Shown in pieces: positions 9,390-17,821 of a stretch of DNA of 64,000 bases (position 1 is its first letter; each line of letters starts with the position of its first letter). The position numbers and the translations under genes are program-made. Under the pieces are notes generated by a model. That model was not told the origin of the DNA. It worked only from the letters and a program-made list of their open reading frames with translations, and did not search any database. The DNA comes from a virus (Duplodnaviria > Heunggongvirae > Uroviricota > Caudoviricetes), in the IMG/VR virus record IMGVR_UViG_3300021255_004328. The stretch is one strand, 5' to 3'.

Positions 9390-10697
9390 TTATTTGTTAG
9401 CTGCCATTCTCCAAGCAATTTCGCCATTAAGGCGGCTGATTGCTGCAGGATTGCGGCACATATTCTTCCCAGGTGCATCACTGAGTTTAGCAACATCCAA
9501 ACCATTTACGATTGCAACTTTACATACGATGTTAAGAGCATCGATACCCTGAGGTCCAGACCAATCAGTTCCGATACCGAATGCAACCTTTGCCTTACCC
9601 TTGAAGTACTTATTGATTTCAGTTGCCTTCTGAAGATTGAGACCGTCACTGAACATCAAAGTTTTTGTCATAGGGTCAATTCCCAAGCTCTTGTAGTGAG
9701 CAATCATCTTTTCGCCCCAAGCGTAAGGGTCACCTGAGTCGTGGCGAACACCGCTGAACAAAGTTGCAAATGTTTTTTGGAAGTCTTTCAAGAAAACATC
9801 TGTTCCGATTGTATCAGTAAGGGCGATACCATTCATTGTTCCGTATTCTTTAACCCAAGCATCAAGGGCAAACCAGTTGCTGTAAGCAGGGTTGTGGTAA
9901 AGGTGTCCCTGGCCGACTGTCATAATGAACTCGTGAGCCATTGTGCCGACCGCAGTAATGCCATACTTCTTTGCAAGATACATATTTGATGTACCGATGA
10001 AGCCCTGAATTGGACCGATTGCATTCTTCTTTTTCTCTTCAACAAGGCGGCCAATCAACCAATCCTGAAGTTCGAAAGATACACGGCGACGAGCACCAAA
10101 CTCAGAGAAAATCCCTGGTGCATAAATGCCTTCGCGCATAAAGCGAAGCTTCTCTTCAGTCTTTTCCTTGAAGTCTTTTGCAAGCTTTTCGTAATCGTAG
10201 TGATTGCGGTAATAAGTTTCTGCGGCAATTTCAAGAATTGGGATTTCATAGAAAGAAACTTTCCACTGAACGCCTTTTGTATGGATTGCAAGGCCTGTAA
10301 CTGGGTCATCTTCAACAGTGATTTCTTCAATGTGAGGACGCCAATCGCGGATTGTTTCAATGTAGTTGTGATGAATCCAAGGACGCTTTTCAGAGTCACA
10401 AAGCCAAGAAAGTTCATCTTCATCATAGCGGAGGGCGCAGAATGCTTTCAACTGATTGACAATCTCTTCGCGGTCTGCGGCTGTATATTTTTCGTGAGTT
10501 GTGCCTTCACCAACATTGCGGGCTTTGAAATCCCAAGTTGCGTGGTCGCTGCTGAACTGATGCAAATAACACTGACGCATACTGTCTTTGTACTGGTCTG
10601 TGTCAAGCAAGCTTTTACACATAGGCGGGTACTTAAGTCCGAATGCTTTTACAACTTCTGCTTCATCTGCAGTAAGTTTTCCGTTAATTTTCCACAT
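9390..10697 (-). CDS. pncB: nicotinate phosphoribosyltransferase, PncB-type NAPRTase
   Basis: SLLDTDQYK at the N-terminus, FSEFGARRRVS and GTMAHEF match the PncB signatures LLDTDxYK, DFGTRRR and GTxAHE. The NAMPT alternative was considered and judged less likely. Confidence 0.65.
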   Translation of the reverse strand: MWKINGKLTADEAEVVKAFGLKYPPMCKSLLDTDQYKDSMRQCYLHQFSSDHATWDFKARNVGEGTTHEKYTAADREEIVNQLKAFCALRYDEDELSWLCDSEKRPWIHHNYIETIRDWRPHIEEITVEDDPVTGLAIHTKGVQWKVSFYEIPILEIAAETYYRNHYDYEKLAKDFKEKTEEKLRFMREGIYAPGIFSEFGARRRVSFELQDWLIGRLVEEKKKNAIGPIQGFIGTSNMYLAKKYGITAVGTMAHEFIMTVGQGHLYHNPAYSNWFALDAWVKEYGTMNGIALTDTIGTDVFLKDFQKTFATLFSGVRHDSGDPYAWGEKMIAHYKSLGIDPMTKTLMFSDGLNLQKATEINKYFKGKAKVAFGIGTDWSGPQGIDALNIVCKVAIVNGLDVAKLSDAPGKNMCRNPAAISRLNGEIAWRMAANK

Positions 10698-10717
10698 ATA
10701 TGTGATACCTCCAATTA

Positions 10718-11311
10718 TTATTCTTTTTCTTTATTGTCGATATATTCAACCCAGCCAAGTTTCTTGTTTGGGTTATTTGTCCTTACAACAACGCAGTCAC
10801 GAGTAAACATTCTTTTCTTGTTTATTGTTATTTCAGAAATGATAGATTTAACCTTTGTGACGCGTCCTTCCCAAACAACAACATCACCGATTTCAACTTC
10901 AGTTCCGTATGCGTCTTTTGGAAGCTTTGTAATTTTGCGAGGAGCCATCTTTTTGTACTCAATCCCGTAGTCGAGAGGATTTAAGGCATCAAGAAGGTTT
11001 CTTACAAAGAATTCATCATCAGGTGCCATTATGCTGATGCACTCAATATCACCTTTCTGATAAAAAGGAAGCTTGCTTTCAAAGTCCCAATTGGATAAAT
11101 CAGAACTTTTACCTACGAGGCCTTCACCTTCAAAGTGTGTAGTAAATTCCTTAAGGTTGTGAAAAAACTTGTCTCTTTTGTCGTAATCATAGCCACCGCC
11201 TTCACGAAACTCGTATAAAAGTACATACAAGTTTATAAAGTCGGTGCTTCTGCCATTTTCTGTTGCCTTTGTTTTAAAGGCATCTCTTACATCGTTTTCT
11301 ATGTATTCCAT
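10718..11311 (-). CDS. hypothetical protein
   Basis: ORF downstream of promoter A copy 2. Confidence 0.55.
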   Translation of the reverse strand: MEYIENDVRDAFKTKATENGRSTDFINLYVLLYEFREGGGYDYDKRDKFFHNLKEFTTHFEGEGLVGKSSDLSNWDFESKLPFYQKGDIECISIMAPDDEFFVRNLLDALNPLDYGIEYKKMAPRKITKLPKDAYGTEVEIGDVVVWEGRVTKVKSIISEITINKKRMFTRDCVVVRTNNPNKKLGWVEYIDNKEKE

Positions 11312-11316
11312 TTGTT

Positions 11317-11351
11317 TATAATATAAAAGAGTTTTGATTAAAGTTTATTTG
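11317..11351 (-). promoter_or_regulatory. Family-A promoter, variant -35 ATAAAC
   Basis: The minus-strand sequence is CAAATAAACTTTAATCAAAACTCTTTTATATTATAAA. Confidence 0.5.
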
Positions 11352-12420
11352 TATCGTAAAAATTACAGTTTCCGTGAAAAATACTTTTGAATTCAGCTTC
11401 ACGGTCAAGTTCATCACAATGAGTAACTTCTACTGTAAATCTTTTAATATGATGCATTGCGACTTCTTTTTCACATCTTTGTTTCAAATCTGCCAAATCA
11501 AGATAATCATAGAAGAAGTCGTGTTGCCATTCGTTATATTGATTAACTTCTGTTGACTTATTAAGGTCACAGTCAAGTTTATGTCCAACAAAAGTATCAG
11601 AGCCGTGACGAGTAATATAAGGTCGTGTTACGAAATGAACATTTGCATCTTTCAAATCAATGTATGATGGCAATCCTGTGTTTGAAGGTGTTGCTTCTTT
11701 ATCATCAAAACCTTTATCACCTAAAAGAAGACCTTGTCCATTTTCAATAATAAAGTGTTGTGATTGAAGTTTTGAAGCCAAGTTTAAGAATGACGGGCTA
11801 ACTTTGCAACATTCAAACATTGACATAGAGTCTCTTATGAAATGCTCAATAAGAAAGTCAGAATACCAAGGCGTTCGATATTTTGGGTTGATTTTAATCT
11901 TTCTTACGCCTTCATAATAATCGCGGATCTTTTTAAGAAACTCAACTTGTTCATCGTGAGGACGAGCTGCAAAACTATCAAAGTCCATATACACACCATT
12001 ACGATAACGAAGTACAGTTTCCCAAATGCCCATACCGCAAGAGCCTGTCCACTTTTCTTTTTGCAACATTTGATTTGCCATTATGTCCCAAGGAGTAACC
12101 CACTTACAAGATGCAGAACGACAAGCTATAGGCTCAATACCGTAAACTTTTTTAATTTCTTCTTTTTCATTATTGAACTGAATAGGGTCAAGAATAAAGT
12201 CTGGGCTGAAAAATGTTCGAACACCTAAAGGAGTTGCAGAATTGAAGTGTTTGAAAATATGCTGCTTTCCGTCGTATATTACAGAGTGTCCTCTTTGAGC
12301 GCCGCCATTGCCCATAATAACAAAAGTTTGTCTTGGGTCATACTGCTTTGCAATACGAGCAACTGTGAGGCCTTTTCCTTCATCTCCGTAATTTGCGCCA
12401 ATTACAACATCAATACTCAT
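11338..12420 (-). CDS. adenylosuccinate synthetase family protein, short archaeal/PurZ-like form of 360 aa
   Basis: GANYGDEGKGLTV is the P-loop GDEGKGK motif. GHSV matches the conserved GHT(V/L). It is about 70 aa shorter than bacterial PurA. Confidence 0.75.
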   Translation of the reverse strand: MSIDVVIGANYGDEGKGLTVARIAKQYDPRQTFVIMGNGGAQRGHSVIYDGKQHIFKHFNSATPLGVRTFFSPDFILDPIQFNNEKEEIKKVYGIEPIACRSASCKWVTPWDIMANQMLQKEKWTGSCGMGIWETVLRYRNGVYMDFDSFAARPHDEQVEFLKKIRDYYEGVRKIKINPKYRTPWYSDFLIEHFIRDSMSMFECCKVSPSFLNLASKLQSQHFIIENGQGLLLGDKGFDDKEATPSNTGLPSYIDLKDANVHFVTRPYITRHGSDTFVGHKLDCDLNKSTEVNQYNEWQHDFFYDYLDLADLKQRCEKEVAMHHIKRFTVEVTHCDELDREAEFKSIFHGNCNFYDTNKL

Positions 12421-12423
12421 TTT

Positions 12424-12723
12424 CTACCAACTTAAATATTTGTCATCATCAAGAGTTTCGTAAACTTTCCAAAAAGTGTTTTTATGTACGGGATAAATTG
12501 AGCCATCAACACCTTGAACAATAAAGTCACCTTTCTTAAAGCCAATACCCTGACCGTTTGGTAAAATCATTACATAACCATCTTCTGCAATGTCAGCTTT
12601 TTTAACCCTTACATCATCGCGGCTATGTTTTCTTTCATTGATAAATTTTTGAACTTCATCAATGTTGCCATCAAACTCGAGTGCTTCAACCATTACAGGC
12701 TTTTTAATATACTTTTTTACCAT
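12424..12723 (-). CDS. small conserved protein, paralogue of 30821..31099
   Basis: It shares KKPV..A..W.G.N.DEV..F...GDF...GV...Y with the 30821 ORF. It directly abuts the purA-like start. Confidence 0.55.
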   Translation of the reverse strand: MVKKYIKKPVMVEALEFDGNIDEVQKFINERKHSRDDVRVKKADIAEDGYVMILPNGQGIGFKKGDFIVQGVDGSIYPVHKNTFWKVYETLDDDKYLSW

Positions 12724-13109
12724 TCAAGCTCCTTAGGACTGCTGTTTTCAAACGGGTCAACATATTCAATTTCGTCCTCGTGGGCATCTTCATAAAGTTT
12801 GTAAAAAGATGGGTAATCTGTAAAGCAAATATCTTCTGCACTTTCTGCATCGGATTCTTCTTTAACTAACAAAAAGTCTTTATAAAAACTTTGATAATAA
12901 TTACGGCTACCTGGGCCCACCCAAGCATCTCGATAAATATGCCACGTAGCGCCGTCAGAAGTAAGAGTAACACCTACTGACCATTCTGGGCCAAGGAACT
13001 CTTTAATAAGCTTGCAAGTATATTCTTCATTTTCACGAGCTTCTTTAGCATCAACAAAGAATGCACGAACATAATTAGGCTTATGTTTATAAAGAGTTCC
13101 TTTTATCAT
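12717..13109 (-). CDS. hypothetical protein, ends in ...LEW
   Basis: ORF whose stop overlaps the next start. Confidence 0.5.
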   Translation of the reverse strand: MIKGTLYKHKPNYVRAFFVDAKEARENEEYTCKLIKEFLGPEWSVGVTLTSDGATWHIYRDAWVGPGSRNYYQSFYKDFLLVKEESDAESAEDICFTDYPSFYKLYEDAHEDEIEYVDPFENSSPKELEW

Positions 13110-14030
13110 TTACCACTCCAAGCCTTCGCCATTGTCTTTCTTTTCTGCAGGAGCTGCAACATCTTCAGCAAGTCTTTCACGCTTCTTGTATGATTTTTCA
13201 ATACATTTAACGATGCTTCTCTGAAGTCTGTTTACTGAAGACACAATATAATTGTCCTCGCCGATAACATCTTTGAATGACTTATCAACGCTTTCTTCGT
13301 AAGAGCCTCTATCGCTGTTGTAGTTTGTTCTGTCATCTTGGACAGTAATGTGATAAATGTCAAACTTCTTTGAAGCTGCTTCATAAAGTTTGTCTGTTTT
13401 TACTTCAGTCTGTTCTTCAAGTCCGACGCCCAAGAAGTGTTCAACATCTCTTCTGTTCAATGCAGGATTGAGCGGCTCATCACCCATTGTAATAATAATG
13501 CCTTTTCTTCCCTGCTTGTCGTAACAATCCAATCTTGTATGGTAAAGACCAAAATACCAAGGAGCTGTATATGACTCATAAGAATTACCCCCACCGCCTT
13601 TTTCAAGGTAAATTTCCTGCATCTGTTTTGCAACACGAACATCAGACTCAAACTGAGAAACCTGAAGTGGCGCATCATCACATTCAAGATCTCCTACGCC
13701 CATTACACAAACTTCAACGTCCTTAAACTGTTCGTAAAGCTCTTTCATCAAGTTTGCAATAGATGCAGCGCATTCATCACAAGCTGAACCCATTGAACCA
13801 GTAACATCAAGAGCAAGAATTACAGGCACTGTGTTAGGGTGTTCCTCTGTATTGCAGCATTCACGAACTCTGCTTTTTGGGTCAAGCTCACTGTGTAAAG
13901 AAGTCTGTGAGTATTTCATATTGTTGAGACGAACTGTTTTTACGCCATCAACCACGCTGTTAGTCATTACAGCGCCAACTGACTTTGCATAGCTGCTAAA
14001 AGAATCTGCACTGTAGCATCCGCCACCCAT
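13110..14030 (-). CDS. von Willebrand factor A (vWA) domain protein with MIDAS motif
   Basis: ILALDVTGSMG is the DxSxS MIDAS motif. The likely start is the ATG at 14030, with GGAGG 6 nt upstream. The ORF track's TTG start at 14042 is less likely. Confidence 0.6.
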   Translation of the reverse strand: MGGGCYSADSFSSYAKSVGAVMTNSVVDGVKTVRLNNMKYSQTSLHSELDPKSRVRECCNTEEHPNTVPVILALDVTGSMGSACDECAASIANLMKELYEQFKDVEVCVMGVGDLECDDAPLQVSQFESDVRVAKQMQEIYLEKGGGGNSYESYTAPWYFGLYHTRLDCYDKQGRKGIIITMGDEPLNPALNRRDVEHFLGVGLEEQTEVKTDKLYEAASKKFDIYHITVQDDRTNYNSDRGSYEESVDKSFKDVIGEDNYIVSSVNRLQRSIVKCIEKSYKKRERLAEDVAAPAEKKDNGEGLEW

Positions 14031-14043
14031 ATTAACCTCCAAT

Positions 14044-14090
14044 ATGTTAAAATAACATTAACAATGTTAATGTGACACTGTTAATGTTAT
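14044..14090 (-). promoter_or_regulatory. operator-like site: a 19-bp perfect palindrome ACATTAACAaTGTTAATGT (14055-14073) plus a third TGTTAATGT copy (14079-14087)
   Basis: Seen directly in the sequence, between the 343-aa ORF and the vWA gene. Confidence 0.5.
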
Positions 14091-14097
14091 TGTGATT

Positions 14098-15129
14098 TTA
14101 TTTTGCTGTGCCTTTCTCTTCGTCTTCGATAGCAGCAAGTTCAGCCTTAAGGCGGGCTTTCTTTGCTTCAAGAGTTTCGTCACCGTTTACATCAACGTCT
14201 GGGATTTCAAGGTCGAACATACCTGAGAAGTCAAACAAGTCGTTGTCTCCACCAAGTCCGCCACCGAAAAGAGCCATCAAAGCCAAACCGTTAAGTCCGC
14301 CGTTGCCCTCGCCATCTCCGTTGCCACCGAAGTTGAAGCCTTTACCAGAGAGTGCATTCATCAAAGCCATCTTTCCGAGAAGCTTACCAAACTTGTCAGT
14401 TCCTTTTGAACCTGCAAGGTCTCCGATTGGGATAAGAGAGTGGATCTTGTTGTAGAAGAACATCTTTCCAAGGAAGAAATGACGCTCAGGCACGATTGTC
14501 TGAATTTCATTTGTTCTGTAGTCCATAACCTTGATTGTCTTACCGTCTTCGAGAGCAGTAACACATTTTGGTGCAACTCCCTGAGGAGCATCTGGGTCGT
14601 CAAGAACAATGATGTCGCCAACCTTTACTTTTGCAGTTGGTACACAAATAAACAAATCCTGTCCAATATCGAAACAGAAATCCTGAACATTTACAAGCTG
14701 CTTTGTTTTCGCATTGTAAGTTTTATAGCCGGAGCCACTTTTTACAGCAAGTTCACCGTTAAGACCAATTCTTACCATCCCAGGCTTAATTGGCTTAAGG
14801 AACTTTCCAAACATTCCATTTACATCCATAGGAACCTCCATATTATTTTCTTCGACAACTTCCTCGTCGTCGCTTTCTTCTTCATAAGTTTCGTCATCTT
14901 CAGTATTATCAAAATAAGGCTGAAGTGTATCGAACAACTCACCTTCACAAAGTTCAAGACTTCCCTTCAAAAATGTTATATGGTATATCATTTGCCCAAA
15001 AGGCTGCTCACGATACATTCCCATACAACTCCAAGAGTTTGTTGGCTGCTCACACCTTATCTCCATTACGGGTCCCATATTAGGGAAAGCTTTTGGGATT
15101 GTGTCTTGAAGTAACTTAAAATCCAACAT
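14098..15129 (-). CDS. hypothetical protein with an acidic patch and a Gly-rich C-terminus
   Basis: ORF with the segment GNGDGEGNGGLNGL; it is the partner of the vWA gene. Confidence 0.55.
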   Translation of the reverse strand: MLDFKLLQDTIPKAFPNMGPVMEIRCEQPTNSWSCMGMYREQPFGQMIYHITFLKGSLELCEGELFDTLQPYFDNTEDDETYEEESDDEEVVEENNMEVPMDVNGMFGKFLKPIKPGMVRIGLNGELAVKSGSGYKTYNAKTKQLVNVQDFCFDIGQDLFICVPTAKVKVGDIIVLDDPDAPQGVAPKCVTALEDGKTIKVMDYRTNEIQTIVPERHFFLGKMFFYNKIHSLIPIGDLAGSKGTDKFGKLLGKMALMNALSGKGFNFGGNGDGEGNGGLNGLALMALFGGGLGGDNDLFDFSGMFDLEIPDVDVNGDETLEAKKARLKAELAAIEDEEKGTAK

Positions 15130-15138
15130 AAAATTATA

Positions 15139-15942
15139 TTAACATTTTGCTACCCTATCGAAAGCATCAGGTATAAATTCTTCAAGAGCAGAAGGCATTT
15201 CAATAAGTTTGTATTTTGTGTTAGGATTGTGATGCATAGTAACAATCTTTCTGAAAAGTTCTTCAGACTTTGGAGGGAGACCTGTTAAAATAAATGTATC
15301 AAGTGTTTCATAGTCGAAGCCCATATTGTCTTCGTCACTCTTTCCACACATACCGTCTGAAGGCGTTTTGTGAACAAGGTCAGTCGGCAGCTTCATATAA
15401 TCGCCAAGGGCAACAACTTCAGTTTTTGTAAGTCGATTGAGAAGAGAGAAGTCACCTGCAGCATCGCCGTATTTTGTACTGTAACCTACATAGTCTTCAG
15501 ACTTGTTACAAGTGTTGCAAACAAAACCACCGTAAAGAGCAGCTATGCTGTAAAGAGTAACCATACGAAGGCGGGCAGGAGTGTTTGTTGTGTAGAGCTT
15601 TGGTATTTCATCACCTTCATACCAATCGCCAATTCTTGATGTAAGGTCGTTGTACATACCTTTTATGTTGATTTCAACGCTGCGAAGGCCGAGAATATCA
15701 ATAACTTTTTTGCTGTCGGAGATGTCTGCCTGTTCTCCGTTCGGCATCATAACACCAATTACCTTTTCAGGACCAAGAGCTTCAGCGAGAAGAGCAGCAC
15801 AGATTGTTGAGTCTTTTCCGCCACTGATACCAATTACTGCAGGGCCTTTCTTATCTTTGAAAAAGTTTTTAATCCAAACGATAATCTTATCGTGAATGTC
15901 CTTCATTCTTTCTTCAGTTGTAAAAGTATCAAAGCTAGTCAT
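15139..15942 (-). CDS. nadE: NH3-dependent NAD+ synthetase NadE
   Basis: VIGISGGKDSTICAALL is the SGGxDS PP-loop motif. The 267-aa length and overall NadE pattern fit. Confidence 0.75.
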   Translation of the reverse strand: MTSFDTFTTEERMKDIHDKIIVWIKNFFKDKKGPAVIGISGGKDSTICAALLAEALGPEKVIGVMMPNGEQADISDSKKVIDILGLRSVEINIKGMYNDLTSRIGDWYEGDEIPKLYTTNTPARLRMVTLYSIAALYGGFVCNTCNKSEDYVGYSTKYGDAAGDFSLLNRLTKTEVVALGDYMKLPTDLVHKTPSDGMCGKSDEDNMGFDYETLDTFILTGLPPKSEELFRKIVTMHHNPNTKYKLIEMPSALEEFIPDAFDRVAKC

Positions 15943-16041
15943 TTTTCTTCTCCTGTCGCTTTTTCCTCAAGTTGTCGATTACATTTGTTATTTTAAGGTA
16001 AATCAATACAAGAGATACCTTGATAAACTTTAAGAAGTTTT

Positions 16042-16485
16042 TCAATCCCAATCCTCCACGTGTTTGAACCCATAACAGTGTTCGCCGTCATTAGGCCAAT
16101 TATCTTCAGTCTTTTCACAGCCCGTCATAACATAATCGCTATGTTCACCTTCACGGTAGTAATAAGACTGTTTATAACGTACTTGTTTCTTTCCGTTGTA
16201 TTTGCAGTTTTCACAACAAGGTTTTCCAAACTCTTCAATAGGTTTTTCTTCAACCTCTTTAAGATCTTCTTCAAGGCGTTTTACAAAGCTTTCTTCTCCG
16301 TCGTCACCTGAAAAAAGATAATCAACTCGATGCAAACAAACCTGTGCTTTGCGAATTGTTTTAAGGCATTCACGAAGAGCTTTCTGAGTTGTCTCATTAT
16401 AAGCTCCTCCTTGCCATCTCAATTCATTTTCGAGTTGCTCAAGATTCATTGAAAGATTGTTGTTATAAAAATGTCCGCCACTCAT
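16042..16485 (-). CDS. hypothetical Cys-rich protein
   Basis: ORF; the internal ATG at 16485 avoids overlap with the upstream gene. Confidence 0.45.
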   Translation of the reverse strand: MSGGHFYNNNLSMNLEQLENELRWQGGAYNETTQKALRECLKTIRKAQVCLHRVDYLFSGDDGEESFVKRLEEDLKEVEEKPIEEFGKPCCENCKYNGKKQVRYKQSYYYREGEHSDYVMTGCEKTEDNWPNDGEHCYGFKHVEDWD

Positions 16486-16694
16486 TTTCTTATTCCTAAG
16501 TCTTTCAAGCATTGAAGATAACCGTCAAAGAAGCCTTCATCTCTTCCTTGTTCAAAGCCGTTGTCGTATTCTTCTTCTGCTCGAATGTCTTCTTCATTTT
16601 CGTAAACACCGTGAGCATCACTTTTATAACGAGTATTCTGATACTGTTCAACTTTTTTGTTGATAAAATTGTCGTCATAAGTTGTGATGCTCAT
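16482..16694 (-). CDS. hypothetical protein, 70 aa
   Basis: ORF. Confidence 0.4.
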   Translation of the reverse strand: MSITTYDDNFINKKVEQYQNTRYKSDAHGVYENEEDIRAEEEYDNGFEQGRDEGFFDGYLQCLKDLGIRK

Positions 16695-16706
16695 AATGTG
16701 TACCTC

Positions 16707-17216
16707 TTATACAATTTCGCACTGACACATCTTCATTGTTGTCAATGCAGCTTCGTGACTTTCAGGAGTGAGACCTGCGCAGCAATCAGCAATTACCTTT
16801 ACTTCAACGCCTTCGATAGCCTTGAGAGCAAGGGCGTTACTTACAACACAAATGTCAGTACAAGTTCCCACAATTGTTACTTCATCGTTAGGCTGAATGT
16901 AATTGCCCCAGTTGTCATAGCCGAAGTGAAGCTTGTCGATGATTGTAGTTTTGTCATCAATCTCTTCTTTGAGTTCAGGAACAATTTCCCAGCCTTCTGT
17001 GTTCTGAATACAGTGCTTTACTGGGAGATGCTTACCTTCACCTGTTTCAAGATAACCATCAAAGTGTGTATCACGGGTAAAGATGATGTTGTCACCGTTT
17101 GCCTTTGCTGCCTGCAACTCCGCCTTAAGGCGCGGTATAATTGCAACAGCTGCATCGTTCTTCAAAGCGCCTGTGCAGAAATCGTTCTGCATATCAATTA
17201 CGATAAAGTGTTTCAT
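16707..17216 (-). CDS. pncA: nicotinamidase PncA, isochorismatase fold
   Basis: VIDMQNDF, TRDTH, VKHC and GTCTDICV carry the catalytic Asp/Lys/Cys signature. Its ATG at 17216 overlaps the upstream stop as ATGA. Confidence 0.7.
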   Translation of the reverse strand: MKHFIVIDMQNDFCTGALKNDAAVAIIPRLKAELQAAKANGDNIIFTRDTHFDGYLETGEGKHLPVKHCIQNTEGWEIVPELKEEIDDKTTIIDKLHFGYDNWGNYIQPNDEVTIVGTCTDICVVSNALALKAIEGVEVKVIADCCAGLTPESHEAALTTMKMCQCEIV

Positions 17217-17797
17217 TTGTTTGCCTCCAATATTTCGTCTAATGTTTTTGGTCCCCATTCCATATAAGGAACAGCAAAACCTACATTATACATATTAACC
17301 TTGAATGAATTGCCGGCCTGTCCTGTCATACCCTCTTCATACTCTTTCTTCCACTTTTCGATAAAAGCGTTATCTCTTGGGTTAACGTGGATGTGTCCGT
17401 AAAGATGGATGTTTCCACGCATTACACCGTCAAACTGAATGATTGGGTAATGAGAAAGAATAAGAGTGCGGCCTTTTTGGTCGTGCATCTTATGATAGCC
17501 TTCGTGAATCTCTTCAAAAAGATTTCTGATATGACCGACTTTCAACATACGGCCATCGTGATTGCCTGTAACCAAATACTTTTTTCCGTTGAGAGCTTTA
17601 AGAACATCTTCGTTTTCTTTGTTTGCAAGCCAAAGAATATCACCAAGCAGCCAAACGTGGTCATTAGGCTCCACACGGCTGTTCCAAATTTCAATCATTT
17701 TTTCATTCTGTTCTGCAAGAGTCTTAAAAGGACGATTGTCAAATCTCAAACAATTTTCGTGTCCTATATGTAAGTCACTGACAAAAAACTCTTTCAT
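17213..17797 (-). CDS. calcineurin-like metallophosphoesterase
   Basis: The motifs DLHIGH, GDILW, GNHD and GHIH. AGGAG lies upstream of the start. Confidence 0.7.
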   Translation of the reverse strand: MKEFFVSDLHIGHENCLRFDNRPFKTLAEQNEKMIEIWNSRVEPNDHVWLLGDILWLANKENEDVLKALNGKKYLVTGNHDGRMLKVGHIRNLFEEIHEGYHKMHDQKGRTLILSHYPIIQFDGVMRGNIHLYGHIHVNPRDNAFIEKWKKEYEEGMTGQAGNSFKVNMYNVGFAVPYMEWGPKTLDEILEANK

Positions 17798-17821
17798 ATA
17801 ATATATCTCCTTTTAATGATA

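Noticed and set aside
9390-10697. Initial reading of this ORF as NAMPT (NadV), which would imply the known NARP2 pathway
   Set aside because: The LLDTDxYK N-terminus, FGARRR and GTMAHE blocks and the 435-aa length fit PncB-type nicotinate PRTase better. That reading also completes a PncA-PncB-NadD-NadE set. A residual possibility remains without a database search.
10200-10970. Long plus-strand ORFs in the six-frame track that overlap minus-strand genes
   Set aside because: Examples are 10200-10970, 14440-15114, 16512-17267, 36538-37182, 6765-7334 and 31884-32300. They are low-complexity and lie antisense to ORFs with clear protein motifs. They have no RBS or promoter, so they are shadow ORFs.
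13110-14042. TTG start at 14042 given by the ORF track for the vWA gene
   Set aside because: The ATG at 14030, with GGAGG 6 nt upstream, is a much better initiation site. The four extra residues are probably not translated.
15943-16041. tRNA genes in the larger intergenic gaps
   Set aside because: The gaps checked were 5289-5416, 15943-16041, 25362-25454, 35342-35534 and 43021-43118. None shows a cloverleaf-compatible arrangement or a T-loop GTTCRANYC box.
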